From assembly GCF_018350175.1 (NCBI RefSeq), contig NC_058368.1, positions 95,730,001-95,794,000 on the forward strand: a stretch of 64,000 nt of DNA, written 5' to 3'. Source of the DNA: Felis catus (Eukaryota). Positions 1 to 12,802 of this stretch are shown piece by piece. Position 1 is the first letter of the stretch, and every line of letters begins with the position of its first letter. Below the pieces are notes generated by a model. The model was not told where the DNA came from. It did not search any database and was given only the letters and a program-made list of their open reading frames with translations. A program made the translations under genes and the position numbers.

Positions 1-61
1 TGTGTGTGTGTGTGTGTGTGTGGATGGATAGATAGATAGATAGATAGATAGATACATAGAT
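1..61. repeat. Compound microsatellite (TG)n-(GATA)n
   Basis: TG repeats 1-22 followed by GATA repeats about 27-61. Confidence 0.95.
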
Positions 62-117
62 GTTAAATGAGTAAGATTTCCTGATTCTGTTACGGTTTTC
101 TTGTTAATTAAAAAAAA

Positions 118-329
118 ATTTTAACATTTATTTACTTTCAAGAGAGCGAAAGAGAGACAGAGTCTGAGCAGGGAAGGGACAGAAGGAGAAGGAGACACAG
201 AATTGGAAGCGGGCTCCAGGCTCCACACGGTCAGCACAGAACCCGACGCGGGGCTCGAACTCATGGACTGAGAGATCATGACTTGAGCCGAAGCGGGACG
301 CTCACCTGACAGAGCCAGCCAGGCAGCCC
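118..329 (-). mobile_element. CanSINE (SINEC, feliform type)
   Basis: T-rich tail, GAGA tract, reverse-complement tRNA-derived head ending GAGCCAGCCAGGCAGCCC. Confidence 0.93.
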
Positions 330-1859
330 TCTTGTTGTTAATTTTAATACCAGTACCTTAACTAAACAGTGATGATGGAGGTTTAAAAGCTATTCTACTG
401 GGCCACTGGCTCTGAAATAAGTTGATAGCATTAAATTTCCTTTGCAAAGAAATCATTTTTCTTTAAGGGGGACTGTGGACGAGGCCCTGACCTGGATTAT
501 TTTTGCATTTCTTTGTTTTCCATCTGGACTTCGGCAAAGAAAGTTGGGTGAGCTCAACGTTCCACGTCTCTCCTGCATTTTTACAGCCTCTGATCCAGCC
601 CTGGCTGTAAAACTGTTGAGAAGGTATTTATCTTTTTTTCCAAAGGTGCTGCCCAGATCCTGGGAAACAAATAGCCTTAAGCTGCAAGAAGTTAAAAAGG
701 AAGTCAAAGAAAAGAACTAATGAAATAATTGGTAGCCATAAGCAAATGGCCCTCGAAAGATTATCCAGCCAGAGCCTAGATTTGGAGAGCTCTGTTCCAG
801 CACGGTTGTGTTGATACTGGCTCTTAGTCCTGATCCTTTTATTGGAAAGCTTGATGATGCACCCAGATGACCGATTCTCTTTTACTTGAGCTAATACAGA
901 GTCTTCTTTCTGGAAGATCATTTCCTTTGGATTGCCATATGCCACCCGGAATTTTTCCAGCATGCTCATGGTTCTAATTCTCTAACAGAGTGTTCTCTCC
1001 TGCTCTGGCCAGTTTATATTACAGACACTGTAATGGCACCAAACTCTTGAACCCATGAAAGGACTAGACCCATGTCAGAAAAATAGAACATGTAGTGTAA
1101 GAAAAATGCATTCATTCCCAAAGCTATGGAACGGCAAAGGTAGGTCTAGAGGCAATTCGTAGCACCATTAAAAGTTGACAGAAAAAGTGATAGCAGCTTG
1201 GGCTTACATGCACCCCAGCCCTGATCTCAAATGGATTTACCTGATTCCGGCTAATTGAATGTGAACAACAAAGCAGGAGTTGAGGTACTGAGGGGAAAAA
1301 AAAAATCTTATCAGTGGTTGTAACTGTTCTAAGCAAGGAAATGCAATTTCCTGATTGTGGAGAAAGAGCCTGTGTAAATCTTGGTGACGTACTTTATATC
1401 CCTGCTAATGAAATGTGTTTTAGTGATCTAAGTGCTGTGATCCTGGTCTTGGCCACAGTGCTCTTGCTGCTATGTTTCAGAAGTCTGTTGGTGAAGAATG
1501 TCAAGTAGTTTTCAAAAAGTTAAACTTGGCTAGCTCGTGGGTGTTTTCTCTGTAGAAAATGTTGGAGAGAGTAGGGTGTTTGGTCTCAAGAGTGCTGGCT
1601 TAATGGAGGGGACTGTTCTGGAAGGGCAAAGGCGCTGGCTCCATTGGCCATTGAATTAAGGACCAAAAATGATAAGGATTCAAAAGGAATTGAATCAGTA
1701 TAGAAGCAGTCAATCACAAGGGCAGTATAATACCATGGAGGCTCTTACACACCAGGGTTTGATAGCTACGTTGCCATTGTTATAGTTGGAAACTTTCCCA
1801 CCCCCACAATGCTCATTTTCTCTTTATTTAAACTGCTTATTTTAAAATTAAAAAAAAAA

Positions 1860-2037
1860 ATAATGTTTATTTTTGAGAGAGAGAATGTGAGAGGTGGGGG
1901 GCGGGGGGTGCAGAGGATCTGAAGCAGGCTCCGTGCTGACCGCAGAGAGCCTGATGCGGGGCTAGAACTCAAGAACTGGGAGATCATGATCTGAACCGAA
2001 GTCAGACGTTTAACTGACTGAGCCACCCAGGTGCCCC
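1860..2037 (-). mobile_element. CanSINE
   Basis: AATGTTTATTTTTGAGAGAG tail to GACTGAGCCACCCAGGTGCCCC head. Confidence 0.93.
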
Positions 2038-2539
2038 ACAGCGTGTATTTTCCTTAATGCAACCCTAGACTTTCATAATGTCACCCATCCTTGAAGTTAC
2101 TTTCCTCCATATATATTTTTTGTAACTTTGCCAAATTGTTGGATTATCTTTGAGGCTTTTATAGGAGCCAAAGCAAGCAGGTTTCCATAAAACGGACACT
2201 CTTACCGCTGCTCAATTATTCATTCGCCCGATCGTGTGAGCTGGGGCGTGGGCAATGGATCCATTTGTTTTGACACTTCGACTACCAGTTTGGATGGGCC
2301 GCGCTGGTTGTTGATGACAGTAAACAGAAACGGTTCAGAGTAGGTAGATTGGGCTCCCAATTTTAAGCCATGAGGCCAGGGGATTAAGAGAGGGAAGAAT
2401 GGGAAGCAAAGGGGAAGGCAGAAGTCATAAAGGAAAGTGGAAAGAAAAGGCACGGGAGAGGACTCATTACTCTTATCCCTGCTCCTGAGTCCCTAACCCA
2501 GATCCGTCCATCCTTCCTTCCTTCCTTTTTCAACACTTA

Positions 2540-2733
2540 CTTTTTTTAGAGAGAAAGCACGTGTGCACATGAGCCAGCATAGGGGAGAGGCAGAGAGAGA
2601 CAGACAGAAGATCCAAAGCTGGCTGCTTGCTGCTGATAGCAGAGAGCCTGATGCAGGGCTTGAATTCACGAACTGTGAGATCACGACTGAGCCAAAGTTA
2701 GATGCTTGACCCTCTGAGCCACCCAGGGGCCCC
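2540..2733 (-). mobile_element. CanSINE
   Basis: T tail, AGAG tract, head TGAGCCACCCAGGGGCCCC. Confidence 0.9.
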
Positions 2734-2744
2734 TGAATTGCTTC

Positions 2745-2832
2745 TAACAGTAACTATTTCATAGGATTGTTAGGAGGATAAAGTGAGATTATGAACACAA
2801 AGGTCCCCATAGTAGATACTGAAAAATACTAA
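2745..2832 (+). mobile_element. MIR fragment
   Basis: TCATAGGATTGTTAGGAGGATAAAGTGAGAT resembles the MIR core. Confidence 0.55.
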
Positions 2833-4215
2833 CGTTGCCAGGCACGGGCCTCACCGTGTATTATAAGTATGAATGGTGTTAGGGGTTTAGTTCCTACACT
2901 TTAGTCTCAATAATTGGCATAATCAGCTATAACCAGGTATAATCAGCTATTTAAAATCAAAAGCTGATCGTTTCCTCTTTATCTTAAATGGTTGACAATA
3001 ACTGCACAATCCAGGCATAGAGAAGGATACATTTCTTGACTGGTTGCCAAGGTAAATATTGTTTGAATTAATAATACATTTGCTTATTCGTAACTTATTA
3101 TATACATAATATATAATGTTTCTGTGTTCCTAAAAGTTACTCTAAATATTTTATAGGGTAATAAAACAAATAGATTATTTTGTTACGTATTTTCATCTTC
3201 TGTCCGTTCCTGTTTTTGCATATCACTCAACATTTTGTCCCCCCACAGTGACTTCTAAATTTGTAAAATTGTAACCAGTTGGAGCATGAATTTCATCAGA
3301 CTTCTCAACTCCTGATACTTGGTTTTACTCTATTAGTTTTTCTTTCATTTCCCATCCTACTTCAGTTTCCACCACACTCGCCATAGCCTTGAGAGATACA
3401 CCCATAATGATTTATATATGTATATGTTTTACTTTCTTAGGTGCAGATTTCATTCCTTATACTAAGTTTATTTTTTTACATTCTTATCTAACAGTATTTT
3501 TGAAACGTATTCATACTCATAAACATTGCTGTGTCTTTCCTTCTTACTGTTCCGTGGTAATCTATATTGTACACAACCACCTTGTTTTACATACCCAGTC
3601 TTCCAGAGCTGAATACCTAGGTTACCCGTGATTCCCTGCTGTTAAGACAACCCTGAAGCAAAAGTATTCATGCACAACCCGTGACGGAATTGTGAGCTTT
3701 GCTGTCGGGTAACACTGGGGTAGAATGATCGAACAGAGGCTCTTTATGAATGCACCTGACCTATGTTCCATCACGTTGCTCCCCGGTACAGTTTTACAAC
3801 TTTGTATTCTCAACAGAAGTACATAAAGATCCCCATTGAAAATTCTCATATTTTATCTTGAGTAATTGATGAGAAAAAAGGGTGACCGGGACATTTTAAT
3901 TTTTGAGCTGTGTTTAAAGAGACAGAGTCCTGTTTAAAGAGACATAGTTCTGGCAATATTAACGTAAGCTTTTTGTGGTTTCTGACCCTTTATGCAATTG
4001 ATATTAGCATATATGTTTAGAACAGAAAAGCACCAAAACAGCATCGATAACGAGGCAAGATGGACAGCTAAGTTCTGTTCCTTAATTTGACTTTGAAAAT
4101 GCAAGCCCAAAATTGATGGGGAAATGCTATCATTATATAACAGGTGCACATTTTAGGGAAAATTTTTAAATAACTGACCCAAATGGGTGATGATGTCTCT
4201 GTCATTTCTTAAGTT

Positions 4216-4229
4216 TCAGAAAAGGTGTT

Positions 4230-4272
<43 letters not shown>

Positions 4273-4292
4273 TATCAGAAAAGGTGTTTTAT
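4216..4292 (-). repeat. (TTTA)n microsatellite flanked by an 18-bp direct repeat; probable tail-only retroposon insertion
   Basis: TCAGAAAAGGTGTTTTAT at 4216-4233 and 4275-4292 bracket a TTTA array. Confidence 0.8.
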
Positions 4293-4694
4293 AATCGAAA
4301 CCACAGTTCATTGTGAATTCGCTAGGTAATTTGTAGTAAAAATTCATTTGCTCTTTCTCATTCACTGAAAACATAATTAATGACATTTTGATTTTTTATC
4401 CAGGAATAATTATATGGCTCCCTGAGGGACATTTTTATTTTTGATTCACTTGTATCAGAGATTTGGGATCTGGAATGCCCTAACATAATTAGAAAAAAAT
4501 ATGAAGTTAGAGGACATGACTTACGTGAACACGTGTAACACTCTACTGACTGTTGGATTTTCCTATTTTCTTTGATACCCATGTTGTGTGATTCCTGGAT
4601 TTGGATCACCTTCCCTACTAACCTCTTCCCAATCCCTGAAATCTAACTCTGTCCCTAGTATGGTTCCAAACTTGCTATCTTCAAGAGCACACTG

Positions 4695-4897
4695 TTTTTT
4701 CTTAATGTTTATTAATTTTGAGAGAAAGCACAAGTAAGGGGAGGGGCAGAGAGAGAAAGAGAGGGAGAGAGAGAATCCCAGGCCAGGTTCCATGCTCAGC
4801 ACAGAGCCTGACACGAGGCTCGTTCCCATGACCATGATATCATGACCCGAGTCAAAATCAAGAGTCAAATGCTTAACCGACTGAGCCACCCAGGCAC
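4695..4897 (-). mobile_element. CanSINE
   Basis: Tail, AGAG tract, head GACTGAGCCACCCAGGCAC. Confidence 0.92.
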
Positions 4898-4957
4898 TAC
4901 AAGAGCAGACCATTTTACTGCCAAATATAAAGGATGTTCTTAAGCCTTCACATTCAA

Positions 4958-5178
4958 TTTTTTTTTAATTCTTTTAATGTTTATTTATTTTTGAGACAGA
5001 GAGAGACAGGGTGCGAGTAGGGAAGGGGCAGAGAGAGAGGGAGACACAGAATCGGAAGCAGGCTCCAGGATCTGAGCTGTCAGCACAGAGCCTGACGCGG
5101 GGCTCGAACCCACGAACCGCGAGATCATGACCTGAGCCGAAGTCGGACACCCAACCGACTGAGCCACCCAGGCGCCCC
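4958..5178 (-). mobile_element. CanSINE (felid SINEC_Fc-like)
   Basis: Near-consensus body ending GAGCCACCCAGGCGCCCC; AATTTTTTT flanks. Confidence 0.95.
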
Positions 5179-5657
5179 AATTTTTTTTAAGCCTTTGATG
5201 TGCTTATACAGTCTTTCATTTTGAAATTCATTTCACTTAATTTTTTGGTCCTTGACTATTCTAGCTCTGCCTCTTTTCTATTATCTCTCCATTTGTTTTG
5301 CTTGGTCCACTTTTCCTCTGTCCTGTTCCAGAGTTGGGTCCTAAAGGCCAATTGCTTAAGGACAGGGTGAATGTAGATGGGATTGGATTCAGTCTCTCTG
5401 TTGGTAGATATCTGAGGGGCTTAAATGTTAAATATCTTTGTGTTTGAGAGCTGAGGCAATCCTGCTGTACCCCACACTTGTCATTGTGTATCTTTCCACT
5501 TAAGTTAATTTCTAACCAAAACAGATTAATGGTAACCCTAAACCTGAGAGACACAGAGGAGAGAATCCAGAAAGATGAGGATTTAGAGCCTATATAGTGA
5601 CAGGAACAAGTGAAAAGGAGGAATATTTACCTTGGGAACAGAAGAGTAAGGATATTC

Positions 5658-5834
5658 TTTTTTTTAAGTGTATTTATTTAATTAGAGGAGGAGGGACAGA
5701 ACGAGATGGGGAGAGAGAATCCCAGGCAGGCTCTACACTGTCATTGCAAAGCCCAGTTCCGGGCTCAAACTCACAAACCATGAGATCATGACCTAACACA
5801 AAGCTTAACTGGCTGAGCCGCCCAGGCGTCCCCC
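5658..5834 (-). mobile_element. CanSINE
   Basis: SINE body with TSD AAGGATATTCTT. Confidence 0.92.
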
Positions 5835-6223
5835 AAGGATATTCTTGATGACTGACTTCACGGGTTTATATACATGAGTGACACTTGGAAAAGAAGGAAG
5901 ACTTACTTTGCCATTCTCCTCCAAGTGAATGTAGCAGTGCAAGTGGGTAAAACTTGTGAAAGAAAAGATTTAAATAAAGAAGCGCTGAATGATAATTAAG
6001 CCTGTCTACTCCACACCGATTGCTTTGTGGGGGAAAAAAGTCTTCATTTTCCTGAAATGAGAGCGAAGAAACTCCTCGCTCGTGGATGCTACATTGAATC
6101 CAACTGTGAATGAGATTACTTCTGGAATCCTTTGCCGCTCAAATCCTTTCACTTTCCCCTCATTCTTTGAATAGTGTGACCATTTTCCTGTTGAACTAAC
6201 TCCAAACTTACGAGTCATTTTCA

Positions 6224-6414
6224 GGGCGCCTGGATGGCTCAGTCGGCACAGTGTCTGACTCTTGATCTCAGCTCAGGCTCATCAGATCGAGCTCCCCCTC
6301 GGGCTCTGCCCTGACAGTGCAGAGCCTTCTTGGCATTCTCTCTCTGTCCCTCCCCAACTCGTGCTTGTGCTCTGTCTCTCAAATATAAATAAACATTAAA
6401 AAATCTTTTTAAAA
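6224..6414 (+). mobile_element. CanSINE
   Basis: GGGCGCCTGGATGGCTCAGTCGG head, CT tract, AATAAA/A tail. Confidence 0.92.
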
Positions 6415-7273
6415 GTTCATTTTCAATTAATCTTTTTCATCTACCGCTTTTCTATTTAATTTTAATTTTATTATTATTTTTTTTTAATTTGTATTCAGGT
6501 TCGTCATCTACCTCTTTCATTCAGAAATGCATTCAAAATGCCTCTTAAAACTTGCTCTGTTACTTGATTTCCCCCTCTTGACCTCTCTTGGTTACTGCTG
6601 TAGACTTCTGGTGGTCAAGTCTGGTCTCTGGTCTTCTCTGCATTCATGCATCTGGCCGGGAATGGGAACGTCCCTTAACATTATGCTCCGCATATGGCCT
6701 TAGTTAAAAGCTCTGCAAAAACTTCTGCTGTGCTGATTTCATCTAACTCAAAACTCTCTGTTACCTGACTGCCCTGTAATGATTTCACTAGATTTGACAC
6801 TCCTTCTTTCCATCTGTTAGAACTCACTAGTTTGCCTCCTTTCCTACAATAAACACTCCTAGACCACTCTTCTGCGTGCCTCGGGGGCTCACTTGACCCA
6901 ACACTTTTGGTCTTTCTTGTTTCAAGACCACCCCCCCACCCGCCTGCCTTCTGCTTCCAGTAATGTATGTTTCGGAATCAATCCTTCACTGCTTCTTCTC
7001 TCTTTGGGAGAAAAATAACAGCAAATGCAGCAACAAGGACTAGATCCCTGCGGTACAAAAATGGTAGCCACCCTGTTGCAAAAAAATAGGCTAAAATCCG
7101 TCTCAATTTTTCACCAACAGCCCTTAATTAAGGGGATGCAACACAAGTAATGATTCATCTATTCACCCCTCACTTCGCGCTGATCCACAATCTGATGAGC
7201 CACAATGTCAAGTGACACAGACATAGCACCGTGTCTGTTTCAGGCATAGGTACACTCTGTCCACAAGATACCA

Positions 7274-8140
7274 CAGTTGTTCCTCATCATTTGTGGATTC
7301 TGCGTTTGTAAATTTACATACTGGCTAAACTTTATTTTTCAGCCCAAATCAATGCTGGTACTTCTTTGGTGCTCATTCCTGGACAGGTGCAGACTGGCAG
7401 TAAGTTTGAATCACGTGACTCGCCTTCCTATTTGAGCTCCAACACACTGGAACAGCTCCTTCACCTCCTCTGACGCTATACATAACGTCCTATTCATCAT
7501 CTATTTAGTGCTGCTGTTTTTACATTTCTGTGATATTTTTGTTGTTGGTGGTGGTGTTTTTACTGTTTAAAACAGTGTATGTGTAATGCTGATGTGTGTC
7601 TTGTGTTTCTAAGCTCAAGAAGGGCCAGGGTGCTTGGCTGGCTCAGTCGGTTAGGTGTCCGACTCTTGATTCAGTGCAGGTCGTGATCTCGTTGTTGGTG
7701 AGTTTGAGCCCCACATCAGGCTTCACACTGACAGTGTGCAGCTTGCTTGGAATTCTCGCTCTCTCTTCCTCTCTCTCTGCCCTTTTCCTGCTTGTGCCCA
7801 TGTGCATGCATGCATGCACCTGCATGCACGTGCACATACTCTATCTTAAATAAACTTAAAAAAAAAAGGAGGCTGTGATGTACCTTAGGGAGAAAATACT
7901 TCCTACATTCGTCAGTTAGAGTGCTTTGGTCAGGAGTAAGTTGTTAATGCATCACCAATATATATGAAATCAGGTGTCTTTAAATGCATGTAAAACAAGG
8001 TTAGGCCTTGATCATTTGGTGAGATGAAGATATTGTGACCGCAGCCTTCCAGGAACCTCCGTATTTCCCTTGGGAGCCACGTTTCAGGGTTCCCTGTGAC
8101 TTTACAGAACAGAACTGCTACAAATCGTAAGAATTCACTG
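7274..8140 (-). mobile_element. MER82-like TcMar-Tigger DNA transposon relic, interrupted by a SINE
   Basis: Ends CAGTTGTTCCTCATCATTTGTGGATTCTG and CAAATCGTAAGAATTCACTG look like degenerate terminal inverted repeats (TIRs); internal GGCTGTGATGTACCTTAGGGAGAAAATAC matches recalled MER82. Confidence 0.75.
7628..7867 (+). mobile_element. CanSINE inserted in the MER82-like element
   Basis: GGGTGCTTGGCTGGCTCAGTCGGTTA head, A tail. Confidence 0.9.
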
Positions 8141-9099
8141 TCTCCTGTAGCTAGCGCATGCATAAAATATATCACACATGCATAAAGGATCATCTGCATC
8201 CTCTGCTCTAATAATTAGTAAAAACATGTAATTTGGAATAAAAGAGTAGGAGAATGTAGATACACTTAGTTGCCGGCCAAGTGGAAAGCTAAGACACGAT
8301 TCAGACATCAAGTGGTACATCAAGCTGTGTGCAGGCCTGCCAAGCATGAAGAACTGTGTTGCAATTCACGGAAAGAAAAGGGGGAGGAAGAGATGGGAGA
8401 AAAGGAGGAGTGCGCAGGAGGAGGGAAGGGGGAAGGGAGAAGAAGAAGAAATAGAGCCAAGAGAATGGGGCCCACTTAATGGGGGGAAAAAAAAAGATCG
8501 CCAAAGGGATGAAAATGGAAACTGTAGTGTGACGGGCAGACGGAAATTATAACAAGTGTGCTGCTTAAAGCCCGTGGTCTGTTCAAGTTTACAGCAACAA
8601 AAGATAAGGAAAACGGAGTATACTGACAGCAATTGTATTTAGTGAGAGGAGTCTGTTCTGGGAAATATTTTTCAAGTTACCATTCCAACTTCTTGCTCAC
8701 CCCCCCAGGGGTTTTAGTCCAGGGACTTTTCCTTCATTGTCTAATGCACGCTGATGCTCTGGGCAGTTGACTTGAGAAATGGAGACTCGAGGCAGTAGGA
8801 GAGAGGGGCTGCAAGCAGGTGTCTGGGGGCAGACGCATAGGGAGCTGTGTTGTGCACACACGCACACTGAGTAGAGTGGTGTACATCAGGCACAGCGAGA
8901 AGGGGCTGGGAGAGACTGAGGAAGGGAGGGAGCACTTTGAGAAGTGATAAGAGCTTCTTGGCACAGAGATTCCATTTTTCTCTGTGCATCTAAATGCTCC
9001 CGCCTACAAAGGACAAGAGCCACAGATCATTGCAAGCTTTCTTTAGAAAAACTATTACAAGATCAGGAATAAAATGAGATAATTTTGGTTTGGGTAGTG

Positions 9100-9317
9100 G
9101 TTTTTTCTTTTTCTTTTCTTTTTGTTTGCTTTTTTTTTTTTTTAGGTGTATTTATTTTGAGAGAGTGAGCGAGCAGGGGAGGGGCAGAGAGAGCAGGCTC
9201 CACACTGTCAATGCAGATCCTGACGTGGGGCTCATTCCCATAAACGACGAGAACATGATCTGAGCTGAAATCAGGAGTTGGTTGGATGCTTAACTGACTG
9301 AGCCACCCAGGCGCCCC
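9100..9317 (-). mobile_element. CanSINE
   Basis: Long T tail, head GACTGAGCCACCCAGGCGCCCC. Confidence 0.92.
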
Positions 9318-11079
9318 AGTTTGAGTAGTATTTTGATTGTTGTGAACTGAAAAGTCTTGGGTGAAGCCACTTGCCTTACTCCCTCCCACTCCTCCCCCAC
9401 CGACTCTTAACCTCCAACTTGGATCCCCTTCTAAAATATTGGCGATGAAACCATGGGAGTGTAAAAGGGTCCTCTCTCTGAGGGTGGTCTTTTATAATGG
9501 CGGCAATGTACACCAGAACTGAGATGGTTTCTATTAAGTGACATCTGTGATGGGCCCACCATCAGAAATAAAGGGCCGTTCTAGCTGTTCAGGTGTGTGA
9601 AGCTCTTCCTTAGAGAGGGACGACACATAGTAGCTTTGTCATCCATTGTGAGGTTTCAGATAGTTGGATAAATGTGGCAAAGAAGTGCTTGATGTTCGGT
9701 GGGCTCGGATTCTACTGTGATACAAAGAAGTAAGGGAAATGAATGCCTTTTGAGTTTGCCCTCAACAGAAGATCGAAAAATGACAAGAAAATGGCTCTCA
9801 ATTTTGGGTCTATTACTCATTTTTTGGGTTTGATGAATAAGCTTGCCTTTAGTCTGCCACAGCGGGCCTTCAGGAGGCATAGAAATCCTTGCCATGAAGA
9901 CAGAACCCAGAGTTCCGATTTTAGTTGGGGGTTTCAGACCTGGAGTGTCCTTGGCAGGTATTTTTTTGCTGCTTTCGCCTTTTGGCTCTGGGTTCCCCCA
10001 CTTAGTTGACTTTCCTTCCTGACTTGCTGTTGGCCTGCGGCTGGGTAGAAATGGTTTACTCAAGTTCAGAGCCTTCCCGTGATTGATTTGTTGATCTGAA
10101 AGACTCACTCTGCTCCCAGTCCTGAGACTCCTGTGTTTGGCAGTGGAGAGAAGTATTTATGAGCTTTTCATAGCTAGCTCACGACTGGTTGGGATACCAA
10201 ATGACAATAGCAGATGTAATACCAGTTCTGCTAAACAAGCCGATGAAGTGTCACATGAGAAGAATGGACGAGGTCGTTGATCACGATTGATTTTAAAATG
10301 ACACTTAATTACTATGGACTTCCATGGACATTAGTGTCTGGAACTAAATATTGTCAACTCCATCACGTTCTGAAACTTGAGACAGAGATACCTGCTTTAT
10401 ACAGCTCCTTTGCCTTTGAATTCCCGTGAGCAAACGACTCTCTGTAAAGCAGCATCAGTAGATGGAGTGGAAGGAATTATTTGAACATGTGTATCTGTTT
10501 TTCATTTATATCCTCCAGGAGGCAGAATTATTGTGTATGAATTCACTGAAGTAATCAGCAGTATGTGAGCTAACTGTAGCTAATGATATCACATTGTATA
10601 TCAAGAACCTTATTGTCATTTTCTTGTCCAGAATTACTGGCTGAAATCATTCCTCATAGAGGAATTTTTCCTCAGTGACTAATTCACTGGGGTTTCTCTC
10701 AATTTGGAATGTTGTCTTTATGACCAAAAGCTATTCTCCATATGAACCCAGTGGAGATGTCACTTTTTCCAAACTTGTTGCCTCGTCCTTAACAAAGAGC
10801 CATTTGATTTGTTCCTAAATATATCCTCCAGCAACTGGGATCTCTTCGAAGAAGCTGTCACATACCTCATGTAAAAATCTCTGTAGTGTCCCTGAGGATA
10901 AGAAAAGGCTTTTTTATGAGTCAAGTAATTTCTCTGTGTGAACCCAAATGATAGTACAACTCAGTATTATCTAGACTGTGTCAGGAATATTCTGGATGAA
11001 TATAATCAGAATTCATTTGATGATAAGGGCCCTATTACGTGTTTGATGGTAGTGACTGCCTCTCACTGGATAACAATCA

Positions 11080-11495
11080 TAATGATGACAGTGGTGGTGG
11101 TGACAGTCATTTACCACCTATTGAGAACATTCTATATGACAGATTCTACGGTCAGTTCTCTATACGAATAATTAAATTGCTTCACTGTTTACTTATTTTG
11201 AGAACCAGAGACAGAGCAAGAGCAGGGGTGGGGACAGAGAGAGAGGGAGACAGAATCCAAAGCAGTCTCCAGGCTCTGAGCTGTCAGCACAGAGCTGACA
11301 CGGGGCTCAAACTCATGCACTTTGAGATCATGACGTGAGCGGAAGTGAGACGCTTAACTGCCTGAGCCACCCAGGCGCCCCTGAGTAGTTTGGTTTAATT
11401 GCCACATTGGCTGTACTTTGCGGTTTTTGTTATCCCCATTTTCTAGGCAAGGATACAGAGTTCACTGAGGCTATATAAAATGCTAATGACACGGT
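11080..11495 (-). mobile_element. MIR remnant split by a SINE
   Basis: TATTGAGAACATTCTATATGACAG on the left and TTATCCCCATTTTCTAGGCAAGGATACAGAG on the right. Confidence 0.55.
11185..11381 (-). mobile_element. CanSINE
   Basis: Body ending TGAGCCACCCAGGCGCCCC. Confidence 0.93.
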
Positions 11496-11654
11496 GTGTC
11501 ATTGTCAACAAATGTCCTCCCTAGGTCTGATTAATTTCAAAACCTCCTTTAGGGCATTACAAAATAAAGTATCTACTTGGGCCCTTCAAATGAATTCATG
11601 TGGCTTGGCTAGGTGGAATAGAATGGAAAGTAGAAGGCCCCTGGACGAATTCAT

Positions 11655-11815
11655 TAACACTTTTCAAATTGGAACGTGTGCACAGTCGCCCAGGGATCTG
11701 GTTAAAATTTGAGATTCGGATTCAGTAGTTTGGTGCGGGGGCCTAGGATTCTGCATTGTTAGTAAACTTATTGGAGTGGCCCATCTGGTGATGGAAGGGC
11801 TATAGTTGGAAAGCA
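11655..11815. mobile_element. MER5-like hAT-Charlie DNA transposon relic
   Basis: CAGGGATCTGGTTAAAATTTGAGATTCGGATTCAGTAG...GGGCCTAGGATTCTGCATT. Confidence 0.7.
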
Positions 11816-11979
11816 AAGAACTTGTAAGCACGTGGCCCTGGCCAAATGGAACAAGTCCGGTGACTTGGACAGCCTGGGGTATCAGTGCTGCTTAATGTGA
11901 GCAGGCCCTAGGCTAGAGAAACATGCTGTCTGACTCCACAAGGCAGTGTTCATGATCTTCCTCATTTTTGATTAAAAAA

Positions 11980-12001
11980 ATTTTTAAATGTTTATTCATA
12001 T

Positions 12002-12037
<36 letters not shown>

Positions 12038-12212
12038 ACATGTGCAAGTGGGGGAGGGCAGAGAGAGAGAGAGGGAGACACAGAATCCGAAGCAGGATCC
12101 AAGCTCCGAGCTGTCAGCACGGAACCCAATGTGGGGCTAGAACCCACGAGCTGTGAGATCATGACCTGAGCCACAGTCGGAGGCTCAAATGACTGAGCCA
12201 CCCAGGCACCCC
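11980..12212 (-). mobile_element. CanSINE
   Basis: (GA)n tract; TSD CTTCCTCATTTTT. Confidence 0.94.
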
Positions 12213-12667
12213 TTCCTCATTTTTTTAAAGACATACATCGTCAGGCACTTAAAGTTTACCTGAATTATTGACCTCACTGGGGACAGGGCTTAGCATAGAA
12301 ACCAAGTTTCCCAGTCTGGCTGGAATGATTTTCAACGACTGCACTTGGCTGTCCGTCTTACTGATGCAGCTGTGATAGTTTAGGGTTGGTTTCTCTGATT
12401 GATTGAAACCAGGTAAGTCTTTATGTCTTTCTCTTTCTGCTGAAAGTGGAATGCAAGGCGTGTTTGTGTGTGAAATCCTGATTATTTACGTTTGCTGTTA
12501 CTTTGGTTCCGGTCTCACAGAGCTTTCTGTTCGAACGGCCAGCAACCTTTTGAAGTCTACCTTGAGTATTTGGATACTCGAACCACGGCCATTTGAATGA
12601 ACTTTCTTCTTCACTCGTACAATGAATGACAGAGTTACTTGGCAGCCTTCAGGAACCGCTTTCCTGA

Positions 12668-12760
12668 GCTCATTCATTCAGCAGATTGTCCCTGAGCATC
12701 TCCTTTGTACCCCAGCCACTCTGCTAGGTGCTGAGGATAAGGCTGTGGATACCTCAATGT
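12668..12760 (-). mobile_element. L2 3' end fragment
   Basis: CATTCATTCAGCAGAT...GAGCATCTCC...CTAGGTGCTGAGGATA. Confidence 0.65.
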
Positions 12761-12802
12761 CTCCCCTTAGGATGCTTCTGGAAGGAGAAAAGGATATTAC
12801 TT

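Noticed and set aside
628..969. 113-aa minus-strand ORF starting in an ACCATG context
   Set aside because: No recognisable homology or splice support; this length is expected by chance in 64 kb.
2919..3950. Short 20-bp-period duplications (ATAATCAGCTAT near 2919-2950; TGTTTAAAGAGACA at 3911-3950)
   Set aside because: Ordinary two-copy slippage duplications with no further structure.
4985..5167. Recurring MAQSV...SSPASGSVLTAQSLEPASDSVSPSLS ORFs that look like a protein family
   Set aside because: They are translations of the CanSINE consensus, not genes.
6224..6300. tRNA gene calls from A/B-box-like sequences
   Set aside because: These are tRNA-derived SINE heads followed by SINE body and tail.
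8370..8465. Purine-rich stretch with several overlapping ORFs
   Set aside because: Low-complexity sequence that lacks stop codons by composition.
9656..10108. 150-aa minus-strand ORF
   Set aside because: No recognisable domain or exon boundaries.
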